Shown one piece after another: positions 13,750 to 26,495 of a stretch of 64,000 nucleotides of DNA. The translations under genes were made by a program, and so were the position numbers. Under the pieces are notes generated by a model. It did not search any database. It was not told where the DNA came from and saw nothing but the letters and a program-made list of their open reading frames with translations. The stretch spans positions 29,220,871-29,284,870 of the forward strand of contig NC_092676.1 of the NCBI RefSeq assembly GCF_964355755.1, in the 5' to 3' direction. The first letter of the stretch is position 1; the number at the start of each line of letters is the position of its first letter. This stretch comes from Antedon mediterranea (taxonomy: Eukaryota; Animalia; Echinodermata).

Positions 13750-15159
13750 TCATGAGTCTTTGTAGAAATCGTCTGATGATGTTGGTATTATTTTTTCTTC
13801 ACCCATATCGATAACAATCTTGCCTCTGGCGTGACCCTTACGAAGTTGTTCAAACGCTTCTGGTACCTCCTGAAAAGTATAAACTCTATCAATTACAGGC
13901 TTGATTTGGCCTTCATTCACCAGCTTTGCGACAGTTTCTAAGCCCTGGGCGTTCGGATTAGCAAACGCCCATCTAAACTTTCCACCTTGTTTCGATGCTG
14001 CCATGGCCTTTTTAAACATTATTGTGCTTGCGCTGAGTGCTCCAAGTACAGCACCACGCCGATCCATTTCTGTTAAAAACGGCGAGACCAACGATACCAT
14101 TTGAGAACCCTTTTTGAGGAGCTTCATTGAAAGTTTTTCGGTTTCCCCACCAATTGTATCCAGTATTAAATCAAATCCACCAGTTTTCATAATCGATTCC
14201 TCGTAATTTGATAATCTATAATCGTACACTCGACTAGCACCAAGTTTCTTCACCATTTCGACTGCGTCTGTGCCGCAAGTTGTTGTCGCTCTTCCATTCC
14301 ATGCTTTCACGAGTTGAATAGCAAATGATCCGATTCCTCCGCTACCGCCATGTATGAGAACAGATTTTGCAATTGCATCTTTATTTGGACGAAAGCGCGC
14401 TACCGCGTAGAGGGCGCTCCAAACGGTTGCGATTACGTAAGGAAGAGAAGCAGCTTCAACAAACGATATCGATTCTGGCATATGAGAAACTTCATTGTGG
14501 TTTACCACTACGTACTGCGCATGAGATCCGGGTTGGATTTGATTCACGGCAGCCCAAACTTTATCGCCTTTCTTGAGTCCTTTAACATTTTTACCAACAT
14601 CAACCACGACGCCGGAGCAGTCTCTTCCAAGAATTAGCGGAAACTCATCTCCAGGCGCGCATCTTCTGCTTTTGTTGAAAAGCACTGACCCGTAACCTTC
14701 CTGCATTCGAAGGTCAATGGGATTTATACTTGATGCGTACACCTTTATCAGCAATTCATCTTGTTTGGTTATGATTGGCACTGGTTTTTCAACAAGATGA
14801 AAATTATCTTTTCCATAGTTGTGGATTTGCCATGCAAGCATGTTTTTGCTATCTACTTCTTCTATGTGTACATTCTTTATGAAGTTCATGTTTGCGTATG
14901 CAAATTGTGTGCAACTTAAACGCCTAATGGGATGTAGAATCGAAGAACTATATTGAAGTTTTTCAAAACGACTTAAATTACACTTTTCACCTCCTCCACC
15001 ACCACCAGGTCCAGGTGCTGCTAAACCATGCACACTTCGTTGTTGGACATGCTTCCAATCTTTGCAAGAGCTCCCCAGTAAATGAGCTTCTATTCTTACT
15101 ATTTGATTTGATAAATTAGCAACGGACGATGTTCGCAGAGTTAAAACTCGATTAAACAT
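13750..15159 (-). CDS. RTN4IP1: Reticulon-4-interacting protein 1, mitochondrial NADPH oxidoreductase (MDR family); single coding exon
   Basis: 469-aa ORF: basic presequence-like N-terminus, AWQIHNYG, INPIDLRMQEGYG, FPLILGRDCSGVV, Rossmann GGSGGIGSFAIQL, GHARGKIVI. Confidence 0.9.
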   Translation of the reverse strand: MFNRVLTLRTSSVANLSNQIVRIEAHLLGSSCKDWKHVQQRSVHGLAAPGPGGGGGGEKCNLSRFEKLQYSSSILHPIRRLSCTQFAYANMNFIKNVHIEEVDSKNMLAWQIHNYGKDNFHLVEKPVPIITKQDELLIKVYASSINPIDLRMQEGYGSVLFNKSRRCAPGDEFPLILGRDCSGVVVDVGKNVKGLKKGDKVWAAVNQIQPGSHAQYVVVNHNEVSHMPESISFVEAASLPYVIATVWSALYAVARFRPNKDAIAKSVLIHGGSGGIGSFAIQLVKAWNGRATTTCGTDAVEMVKKLGASRVYDYRLSNYEESIMKTGGFDLILDTIGGETEKLSMKLLKKGSQMVSLVSPFLTEMDRRGAVLGALSASTIMFKKAMAASKQGGKFRWAFANPNAQGLETVAKLVNEGQIKPVIDRVYTFQEVPEAFEQLRKGHARGKIVIDMGEEKIIPTSSDDFYKDS

Positions 15160-15643
15160 TTTTTTAAGTTATATAGTTAAGTTTTATATACTTAGTTCAA
15201 GGAATTTTAGCAGATTCTTTCCAACAATGTTGATCGTGCCCTCTCTCTTCCCAAAACCAGCCATGTGTAACGAAGTTCCGGAAATATAATTTTCACCTTT
15301 TTCCGAACTGTATGACGGGAAGATTGCAATGACGTAATCGTCATCGTCATCACATTTTGCATTGCAAGGTGAAACAAAATAGATTGGTGGTGCACTGCTG
15401 CTAGCCGTCGTTTGCATGTTTTTGGCAGGTAGTGTTGAGGTGGCCAGAGCGGATTGTTTGGGTGTGCTGAATACGTACAAGGTTGGCCTAAACAGTTTCA
15501 AAACATTCTAGAAAAACGGTGATTGAAGGCAAACAAGAATGACGTAGAGTACACAAATTTGCAAGGTTTGACTAGAAACATTGGGAAACGATTCAGTACA
15601 GGTTATTTATCAATTTGAATAGATTTTATAGAACTTTTTAGCC
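15160..15643. promoter_or_regulatory. Probable bidirectional promoter region RTN4IP1/ILRUN
   Basis: Divergent start codons 484 bp apart; CpG-containing; CRE-like TGACGTA at about 15330 and 15540. Confidence 0.55.
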
Positions 15644-18600
15644 ATGGACGTAGACATGGATTTGGATCAGGATTTTATGAACAAATTTAGTTCCATGGGG
15701 ACGACGGATAGAGATGTTTTGATCAGCGAGTTCCAGAGATTATCTGGCAATAGCAATCCCAATGCTTGTGCTTTCTTCCTTGATATGAACAATTGGTAAA
15801 GTATATTTTTGCTGTATTGTTAAATTTTTTAATGTTATTAATATTATAATATAAATGTATAATAATTTAGACCTCAATTTAATAGAACAAATTTGTCATT
15901 CATTGACCTTGAAAATTAAATGAATAAATAAGATTTTTCCTTTTTTTTTTAGTATTCAGACAGTAGAACCCCTATTATTATACAAAGGGTCTTTCACACC
16001 CGTCGTTCCGGCATGACAGGATTCCGATCAGGAGCCGGCAAATCAAATCGATCATTATCTTTCGTTTTCACAACGCTCCACGCGGCGAGGCGCCAATCGA
16101 TATGCGCGTAGCTGCGTGAAAATTAAACATTGATATTTGATTTGCCGGCGCTGAACCATGTCAGAACAGGTGTGAAAGACCCTTAAGATGTCCCCTTAAT
16201 AGGGTGTCCCTTCAAAGGATTGGTCTTGGTTATTGAAACATACTTATAATTTCCCCTTAAAATGTGTGTCCCTCCCTCAATAGGGGTTGTTTGTACTAAA
16301 CTATATTGATTTGCACTGGTAATTCATAAGCTATATCATTGTTTAATTATCTATATTTTTTACAGCACATGAGGTGATTAAATGTAAATGAAAATGCCAT
16401 ATACGTCAGAAGCTAGAAAACAGTAACCCAGGAAATCCCTGCAACAACACTATCCATCAAAACAGAATCAGACATTCAGTTCAAAGACAAAACTGACCAA
16501 GGATAGTTATCCTAAGTCGAATAACATTTCCCAGAATTCAGATAATAAAAACTCATGTCTTCAAATTTTCCAAAAACCATAGCAATTTTTTAAACCATCA
16601 AAAGGAAGGAATATTGGCAATAACCATGACTTTATTAAAGAAATTACCACACCCAAACACATGGTGACACATTACCCAAAAAAAAGAAGGCAAAAAAAAA
16701 CACACAGGATATACTATTTTACTATAAAGCATGAGTGCTTAAAAAAATTGAAAAAAAAGCCTGTATAGTGTTTTTACACACAAACATTTTTTTAGTAATA
16801 ATTAATTATTTGTTTGTTCCTTGTGATTTTATTATAAAAGCATGAATGCACTTTTAGAATAACAGATTTTCAAAATCTGTTAAAGTCGATTTTGTTGTAG
16901 ATGAGTGATAAAGTGACAACACATGATACGCACTAGCACATGTAAGGAAATGATTTAATGAATAAGCTATTTAAAAATCAACTGAAAGTGTCATGGCTAT
17001 GCCACATACAGTTTACAGCCAAATCAATGTCTTAGTCTGCTGCAGATATCGTAAACAAACATGTAAAAAAGGACACATTTAAGACCAAAGAGGTTTACCT
17101 TTAATAGGGGCAGTCTTTAGTATCATATATTCACTGGAAAGGGTCCATTTAATAGGGGATATTTATGAAATAGTGTATAATCACCGGAAAAGGTTCCCTT
17201 TGCATGAAATGCCCGGATAATTTGTGCATTTCCTAGATCTATTAAAGTAAATTGTCAATTAGGGGACACTTAGGGTCCCCGGGCCATACTTCACTAGGAA
17301 AGTGTCCCCTAATAAATAGTTCCCCAAAGAAATTTTGGCAAGTGCACACCAATTAATTAAGAGTTCACAGGCTACTGCTGAGTGATAAAGCAAAGATTAC
17401 AGATTTCTTACACTGTACAGTACCAGTATATTTTGTACAGGAAATGTATTATTACCATTGTAGTAGCACAAAGACTCTAAAGATGGGATTTTTGTTAATT
17501 TGAAGTTTGTTTTGTTTTTTCTGTTCAGGAATTTACAAGAAGCCTTAGGTGCATATTTTGATTTGGAGGCTCCACGTGAACGTCTACCATCGATGACATT
17601 TGTAAGAGATATCACAATAGGAGAAGGAGAATCAGTTCCACCGAATACAGAGTTTATTAAGACTTGGAGAATACAAAATCCAGGTAAGTACTTAGTGTAC
17701 GTTTACACTTCTCGTAAGAATGTGTTATTGAATAACCACCACTATTTATGTTAATGATATCATCATTAACATAAATAGTGGTTGTTATTATGTAGTTGAT
17801 TTGATGATGGTCATAATCATTGTAATCTCCATCACATTATACTGTATAGCCATCATTGGCATATATTTTAATATTTGTTTCAGATTTATTTTGATACCAT
17901 ACACGAAAACAAATAAGGATAAGAAAAACAAAAATACAAACATTTGTAATGGTACATGGGATAGCTCTCTAAATCAAACCAAATGTGGATTTCATTTTAA
18001 GGGGTCCCCTAAGTCTTTTTTGTTTTGTTTCTGTGTATACATTATTTTGTAGCAACACAACATATGTAGTAGATCTGTTACTAGTAATTGATAAATGTAT
18101 CTTTAGCAGTTTCAGATCAGTCTTGGCCTGATGGAGTAAGTCTTAAGTATATCCAAGGGCACCAGCTAGGCCCAATGGAACGTGTTAGTGTAGAAGCCCT
18201 ACAACCTGGACAAGTGACCGATGTCAGTGTTCGAATGCAGAGTCCAGCACAATGTGGGGTTTATGGTGGTCAGTGGAGAATGTCTACTGCTACTGGTACA
18301 TATTTTGGAGGTAAAGATTTATTTATTTATAAAGATCTTATCAATTTCTTTGATTTAGGAAGTATTACATCCATACATATCAATATAAAAGAAAACCGAA
18401 ACAACAAAAGTAAGCTCTAACAACTCTACAAAAACAAACATATTTATATCACTATAGCAATACTCTATGAAGAGCTTATACATATAAAATACTTCACCAT
18501 CTATAAATACATTTTTGGAGTCAAGAAGCATTTACATACAGTACACATGAAACCAGAACATTGCACCTACTCTACGTACATTGATTTTCGCACACATTCA

Positions 18601-19868
18601 AAGATATTAGGTTGCATATTATTTAGTGTCATCATATATTAAATGCTATCTCTTTTTTCAGATACTATCTGGGTAATTCTAGAGGTTAAAGTAGGAGGGA
18701 TGTTAGGCCTAACACAGCAACTGTCTTCACTAGGTAGCAGCTTTATGGAGACAACAACAGCAGCTAAAAGTCCCCCTAACAATCCATTTGGCTCTCCCAC
18801 CAAGCATAATATAGCTAGCAGTGCTTTAGGTAAGCACATTTTGTTTATATATTCTGAAGATTAGATTTATAACATGCTTATCTGTAAGTTATGCTTACCT
18901 TAAGTTATGTTTACCTTAGGTGATGCTTAAGTAAAATAAAGGGGAAATGAATACAGGCAACTTACCCAACATTATACTCGCTGAAAATTAAAAACTCCCA
19001 AAACCAGACTTTTTTTAGGTTCTGAGTATTAATTTGTTTTAATCATTAAAACACATTTGGAATACCAGAATCCAACATTAATCTGACCTAAGGGTTTCTG
19101 GGAGAGTTTACTGTATTTTCTCATTGCACCTTCACTCATAGATTTCATGCCATACAGTATTATCATGCTTAGATCTAGTATTAAAGTTTATAACATGTAT
19201 TCTTGTTTTTGTAGGTACTCCTTTTAATTCGCCCACATCACATTCAAATGGTCATTCACCTTCTAACTCATTAGCTGTTGTTAGACCTCCAATCTTTCCA
19301 GTAAGTATACATTGTATCAAATACTATTTAATCCTAATTATGAGGTAATGGTTCTCTGTTTGTCGTGAGAAAATCTCTTTTCAGTAGTCGAGGATTGTAA
19401 CTAAGGATTATAAAGCTCTGCCTACATTATCAGACCAGTTTGACAAAAATAGTGTGATGTGCCCAAATATGGTAGTGATATGACATCATCATATCCATAT
19501 ATGGGCATATCACATTTGTTTGTCACATAAGGTTTGATAGTGTAGACAGAGATTTATATTAGCCTGTAGGTTTACTACACTACTATAATTTTTGAAAACA
19601 TTAGTTATTATTTGTTTATTTAGTCGGACATAATTAGTAAATTTGACATAATTGTACTGTGTACTCAGTACATTGTGTAATTCGCACGTATTAAGTACTT
19701 TAATGTAATTTCTTTCTCAATAATTTAAACTTGTTTTTGCAGACATCTTCTATGAATAACCACGCTCAGTCAAGAGATGAAAATCTCCATAGTAACACAG
19801 AAGTATTTCCTCAAGAGGACACAAATCACAAACAAATGCACAATGGCTCATTTGATAATAATTTATAG
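15644..19868 (+). CDS. ILRUN: ILRUN (C6orf106), UBA-like plus NBR1-like FW domain protein, 6 coding exons
   Basis: MDVDMDLDQDFMNKFSSMGTTDRDVLISEFQRL...FFLDMNNWNLQEALGAYFD, DITIGEGESVPPNTEFIKTWRIQN, GQWRMSTATGTYFGDTIWVILEV; TAG at 19866-19868. Confidence 0.93.
15986..16183. mobile_element. MITE with 15-bp perfect TIR
   Basis: agggtctttcacacc...ggtgtgaaagaccct, CpG-rich interior. Confidence 0.75.
19414..19553. mobile_element. MITE family A copy
   Basis: agctctgcctacattatca...gtttgatagtgtagacagagat. Confidence 0.8.
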
Positions 19869-20226
19869 CATCACTATTTAATAATGACGATCAAATAATG
19901 AAATTTGAACATAATCATTTTTTGTTTGTTTATATTGGTATTCACTCTCCTCAATGTATTACAAAAAGGTACTAAATAAAAACATTGTTAATAGTGTGCA
20001 CCAATTTTGGGAGAGCTGGCAGGGAGGTAAGAGGGAAATGAAGCTTCATCTACCAAAACAATTATATTGATACCATGTATTTTATAGTAATTTAAACTAC
20101 TTAAGTCAATAACGAAAACAAATTCATTTTTAGCAACATGAAACTATTTAAAGCAATTATTTCAAATAAAGTAAATAAATACTGTGCTGTTAGTAAGTAA
20201 AGAATGCTTACCAACATATCAACTAA

Positions 20227-20361
20227 AGCTCTGTCTACACTATCAAACTAGTTTGACAAAACAAAAAGTGTGATGTGCCCAAATATGGTAGTGATATGCT
20301 TAAATATGGTAGTCCTTGTCCATATATGGGTATATCACATTTGTTGAGTGTAGACAGAGCT
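20227..20361. mobile_element. MITE family A copy
   Basis: agctctgtctacactatcaaac...agtgtagacagagct. Confidence 0.8.
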
Positions 20362-22987
20362 TTACAGTTGGTATATTCTATCTTAACTGGATATTCTTTG
20401 ATAACTAGCTTTAATTTATCTAATGTATTTTAATATATATAAATATATTGTACTGTGTTTTTGTTTGGGTTTTAATATAAAGATGTGGGGAGAATGCCAG
20501 GCTATTATGCCTTCTACTACAGTGGTTGTAAAGTAGATATGTGTTATAACAGTAAACAATGTTCTTGGTAGATCCTCTTAAGCATCTACTTATCTACAAT
20601 ATTCTGTGCTATAAGGAATATTGGTTTTAAATGATTTTAATTATGTTGATAACATTTTTTTGTGTTATCATTTTTAAATGTTCTCTAAATATTTTACTTC
20701 AAAATCCCTTGGTATTGCAATAATTGGTGAATGAATTATTTCAGGAAAAAAAAACGGTTTGCCTAAGATCAGTATAGATTAGAATAATACCCTTTTTATA
20801 CAACAAAAGCTTGTATAATATTTTATTGTCAGATTTCTAAAAAAATGGCCGTGTTTGAATACCACGCCATGACGTACTGTTACATTATAATGTTATGTCA
20901 ACAGCTAAATTAAAGCCTATTTACCATGCTCCTACTCAATTCCTCCTTCACCTTTTATTTTCAACATAATAAGTAGTCTTTGTCTTTTTGTTCTCTTCCT
21001 TTTGGTTTCCACTCTTTCTCTTTATTGTCGAGCGCATATAGACATCGTTTATTATTTGCACTTTATAAATCTATTATTATTTATTCTTACCTACAGTATG
21101 TTATAACCAGGAAGGACGGTATCCTCCCTGTTAATGTAACTGTTAATGTATTGATAAGTAAACCAGAATCATCATGTTGTGAGGCAATAAGTTAATGAAT
21201 GAGTTGTTAATGGTGCTATACTGTTGTTGATTGTACTATTACAAATCATGTTGTTAATTAGACCTACGTTGAAGGTGTTCCAACTACACAGGCCGTGTGT
21301 CCGCAGCCAAAACAAATTACCGGTTAATTTTTATCCGTTAATTAGCGGTTAAGCTGCAGAAACACGGCCACAGATAAAGCATTTCCCTCCATATTTTATC
21401 TTTTAAAAGAAATCATATTTTGAGGGGGTTTTGTTTGTACAAGATTTGGTTATAGTATTGTGATGACATCTGTCTTCTAAGCTATTTGTACTATCTATTG
21501 GTCACTATGTATTAACAACATCAAAGCATTTTGTGCCCAAATATGGTAGTGATATGCCCAGATATGGTAGTGATATTATATCGTTATGTCCATATATGGG
21601 CACATCACATTTTATTTTCACATAAAGTTTGATAGCGTAGACAGAACTTAAGACTGTACTGTAAAAAGTAAGTTCACGTATATCATTTTTTATGCTTTAA
21701 AAAAAAAAGCTAAAATATTCTAATGCCTATCAATTATCATACAAATTACAATGTTCATACAGAATGAGGATCTTTAAATATAAATACATTTTAGAATCTT
21801 TTTTTTTGTTAGAATACAGTACTTGAGAAGGGGAGAATTTTAAGAGGCAAATTTTAATGACTTATTATGCATTCTTTTGCCCATTGTATGTGAAAATTAG
21901 AGATTTTTAATTTTGTGTGACGTACCAGAGAAGGTATGAATGTTTTTCGTATGTAAGGATGAATAGATTGTACTTGAGGTACCTGGAAATAAAAAGCATA
22001 CATTTATCTGAAGTTGGTTTTATTTTTTGTTTTCTTCCCATAGAATATTTGTTTTTAAAATAATAAAAAAAAATGATTATTTATTCACTGTTTTTTAAAG
22101 TGACCTTTGACCTTGTTTACATAATGTGCTCAGTGAAGCGTTACATCATGAGGATTGTAAACTTGGTGCGGGCGACGTGTCTTCTTCAGTAAAAGGGTGG
22201 GTGTTACATTTGTAGGCCTAGTTATGGTTTAATTCAACCAGAAGCGTCAATATACTTTAGATATGTATTTCAATATATGTTGATACAGAGAGGATAACTT
22301 ATTTGAAAAGTTGAGCTAAGATAAATTGATATTTATTGTAATAAGGCTAGGTAGGCTAGGCTGGAATCCTCACTCAGTCACTGACTGACTGAGTCAGGTT
22401 GTTGCATGCAATGGCCATGACTAGACTGTGAGCTAGTGACACTGACACTCATGGTAACCTTGAAAGGAGGTGCAACAATTAAGATTGGAGATAAGTTAAG
22501 CCTAGGCAGTGAAGTGTAGTTAGTGGAAAATGTCTTTTTTTTTTATTGTTCCTAGGTTTGATTTTTTTCTTAGTTTTCAAAATAAAATATAGCAAATAAC
22601 TGCATTTTAAGCTTAATCAATATTGTATAATTTACAAATATAAATACTAAATAGGCTAATATTAATAAATATTTTTAAGTTAAATAAATATTACAGTTTG
22701 AACCATGGAGATACCTCCATGTTTGAACTAAATAATTTAAAAAGTTTATGTGAAATTGTAATTTATATGATCATATGTGTATCTTTATTGTTTGGTTATT
22801 TTGTCAAGCATTATTAATAATTATGTAGGCCTACCTGTAAATAATTAAAATATGCATTACAGTAAATTATTTAAATGTGTTCATATGCATATATTATATT
22901 TATATGCTATAATATAAATACTTTTCAACTGTCTTTTTATAGCTGCTGAAACAAATTTAGACAATTTACAAAATTAAAACTACCAAA

Positions 22988-25900
22988 ATGTCTGGAAGTT
23001 CGGACGATGAAGAGGAGCTTTTTGACATTGGCTTGACCTCTGATCACGCTTCATTAATTAACTCTAGAGAAAAGGATGATAACGATGGTGTTGGCACTTT
23101 GCCAGTTCACAACAAACGAATATTAAAAACAGTTATTTTATTTTCTTCTTTTATATCACTCGTAAGTATAATTATTAAATACAAGATTAGAATATATAAA
23201 CTAAATCAATTGTTTTAAATAAAAATTAATTTCAAAGTGCTTCAATTAGGAATGATTTATTTATAAAATGTAATATTTTATTTTTATACTGTAATTGTTA
23301 TGTTTTTTTTCACAGGGGCTTGCTGTTGCTATCCTCGGCCCAACCATTCCTAACTTGATCCTTCAAGTTGGAACTGGTTACAGCCAGTTATCATTCATAT
23401 TCTTGACACGTGGGTTTGGTTACATGGTTGGTGCTGTCGTAGCTGGGTTCCTCATTGAGAGGTTCAATCCATTCCGCTTGCTCGGATTCAGTTTAGCGTT
23501 ATGTGCCATTGCAATGGTCCTGATGCCTGCTGTTAAATCATTGCAGTTTCTAATTCTACTATTCATTCTTGCTGGATTTGCTATGGGATGTCTGGACACA
23601 GGTTTGTGAAACACAAACATATACAGTTTAAAACTCGGGAGTTTACACATAGAGGAGCACACACCATACAAAAACACTGGTGTTGGCACCCTGATGTGTG
23701 TAAACTTCAGACTTTTGCTAGGGGATAAGAAAGGTGTACTGTATATCATTGTACCAAGGCATTCTAACAACAGGATGTTGAGCTCTGGACATTAAAGGGT
23801 TTATCTGTGGCTGCGACGAGATCAGTTCCATGCCCCTTAACAGATGCTGTGTGCCCCGGAGAATATGTGCATAGTACAGTACTGTTGGTATTTGTCGCAG
23901 CCAGAGATAAGATCAAAGGACTGTTATGAGTTCCAATCTTGGCAAGGCGAGCTCAGTCTTCTGTTCTTTGATTGCCTTGATTGTACTGTTAAGATAGGTA
24001 GGCCAATAAAGTTTAGGCTTGATAAACTTTCCAAGATTCTGTGTTTAAATCCTGACAACAAACAGGACATCTTAATGAGACTTTTCAATCATGAAATTGA
24101 ATGTTCGTAATATAATAATTAATTTTTAATTCATATCTTTATTCAGGTGGTAACGTAATGTGCATCCAGATATGGGGACCACAGTCAGCACCGTACATGC
24201 AAGCCTTGCATTTCAGTTTTGCCATTGGAGCGTTGGTGGCGCCATTGCTTGCAAAACCGTTCATTGATATCCCATTTTCAGGAAATGCAACCGCATTGGA
24301 TGTTGTTTGCCAGCTAGGTCAATCTTCACATAGTTTAATCACAGAACATGTTGATACAGATGTGCAATTGTCTTCTGTTAGCTCATTGACGATACCGCCA
24401 TTAAATACTGTGACAAAAGAATTTACGACACTACCACCTAAAGATATTTTTACGAAAAAACAAACACCAGAAAAACCAGTTACTACTAAAATGATTCCTC
24501 CCACAACTGTAGCGCAAATTATAACAACACAGCCAGGTCAAACCACAAAAGGACAAGTTCAGACCACAATTGAACAGGTTAAAACTACAATCAAACTATT
24601 TCCAACCACAACTAAACCAGTTCTAACCACAGCAGAACCAGTTCCAACCACAGCAGAACCAGTTCCAACCACAGCAGAACCAGTTCCAACCACAACAGAA
24701 CCAGTTCCAACCACAACAGAACCAGTTCCAACTACAGCAGAATCAGTTCCAACCACAGCAGAACAAGTTCCAACCACAGCAGAACCAGTTCCAACCACAA
24801 CAGAACCAGTTCCAACTACAGCAGAACCAGTTCCAGCAAACTTAGTTCATACTACAATTGCAAACCCAATATCAACAACTTTTGAAACATTAATTTTTTC
24901 AACAAGTGACCATGACACTCCAGAATTCACAGATGAAACTTTACCACAGATTGTTACAGCAACACATGAATCTTTACCAAATAATAACCATTTAAAAACG
25001 AAAATTGATACTTTGGCATCCAGTTTAAAACAGACGTCACCTCCTACTACATCAGTAGACAAGCAAACCTCTGGTAAAGAAGATGGGGTAATTACCACCT
25101 CAGATGCAGTACAAGAAACTTCCACTGCAGATGAGGGGACCATAGTTACGGATTTCTCTTCAGTAAATTCAGAAGGAAGCACTGTTGAAGAATCAAGTAG
25201 TACAAAAGAGGAAGAAAAAGAGAAGAGAACAACAATTAAAGTAACAACAAAGACAAAACAATCTAAGACAAAAAGCAAGAGACCGAAAAACAAATCACTT
25301 GTTAGAAGGGATATAGGATTGAGTGAGGATTTAACTGTGAATCAGACCGACAATTCTCCTCTGTATGATGGTGCTAAGTTATGGAACGTTTATGGGATAC
25401 TATTCTTTGTTATTACTCTGAACAGTATTGCGTTCTTTTATCTCTCTTTTAAAGGAGGCCATTATAAGCAATCGCACTTATCTGCTGCAAAGTCCTTAGC
25501 TCATCAAAACGACAACACATTTAGACTTCAATTGCTCTCCATAATGTTTGTGTTTTACTTCCTATATGTTGGGTCAGAGGTCGCATACGGAAGCTTCATT
25601 TTTTCTTATGGAAGATTTAGTGATTTACAACTAGATAAAGATCAAGCATCGTTGCTGAACTCGCTCTACTGGGGTACGTTTGCAGTGTTCCGCGGTCTTG
25701 CAATCATTTTAGCTCGCTGCATGTCTCCTCTGACCATGCTTTTAATTGACCTCATTGGATGCGGAATATCATCATTAATTCTAGTCATATTCAAGGGGAC
25801 AAACTCTTTAGCATTATGGGTAGGAACAGCTGTCTTGGGTGCAAGCATGGCATCCCTTTTCCCAAGTGGTTTGTCGTGGTTAGGGCGATACATAAAAGTC

Positions 25901-26179
25901 ACTGGAACCGCTGCATCAGTACTAGTTGTAGGTGCATCATCTGGAGAGATGGCCATTCCATTTGTAGTTGGCCACTTCTTTCCAGATTGGTGTCACCCTG
26001 ATAATAACGGAGGGAAGAATATCCAAATGCTCATGTACACTATGCTAGTAGTCACAATATTTACATCGTTCATTTTTTTGATTGCGTATCGAATTGCAAA
26101 GAAAAGAGGGGATCGATATAAAGGTCATCATTTGGTGCCAGATTCTTCCATGATGCTGGAGCTACAGTCAACTGATTGA
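22988..26179 (+). CDS. MFSD4-family MFS transporter (sodium-dependent glucose transporter 1-like) with large Thr/Pro-rich loop; coding exons 22988-23161, 23316-23601, 24147-26179
   Basis: GLAVAILGPTIPNL, GCLDTGGNV, PYMQALHFSFAIGALVAPLLA, FLYVGSEVAYGSFIFSY, LYWGTFAVFRG, GASSGEMAIP are MFSD4A/B-type motifs. Paralog not assignable by eye. Confidence 0.88.
24617..24838 (+). repeat. Coding 21-bp tandem repeat (PVPTTAE) about 10-11 copies
   Basis: Unit ccagttccaaccacagcagaa repeated in frame inside the transporter ORF. Confidence 0.95.
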
Positions 26180-26495
26180 TCATCATCTGCGAATAACACG
26201 TTTAAAAGAGCGGTTCTTGTTGGAATTGAGTTTCTAACTAGTACCAAAATTAATCTTATGGGGAGGTGTAGAATAGGGGTGCACTGGGAGTGGAGGGTGT
26301 ATTGATCCACGAGGGTGTATTGATGTCCGGGGTGGATCCAGGCACGCGCTCCTCTTTTGGGCAGCTGAAAAGGTTTTTAACAGAATATTAATATTTTATG
26401 TTAGCGCTCCCACGTTAAATACTGAACATTTTAAATTTGTTTATATAAAAAATATCAAAATATTTTATAGTAGTATACAGACTTACAACACTGCA

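Noticed and set aside
15184-15501. 105-aa minus-strand ORF upstream of RTN4IP1
   Set aside because: No recognisable motif, non-ATG start, lies in promoter/5' UTR; at most a uORF.
23602-24146. Telomerase RNA, RNase P/MRP or group I/II intron identity for the structured intron
   Set aside because: No CCCTAA template, no complete P4 consensus pair, no group I P7 or group II GTGCG/domain V motifs seen; ends are ordinary GT-AG.
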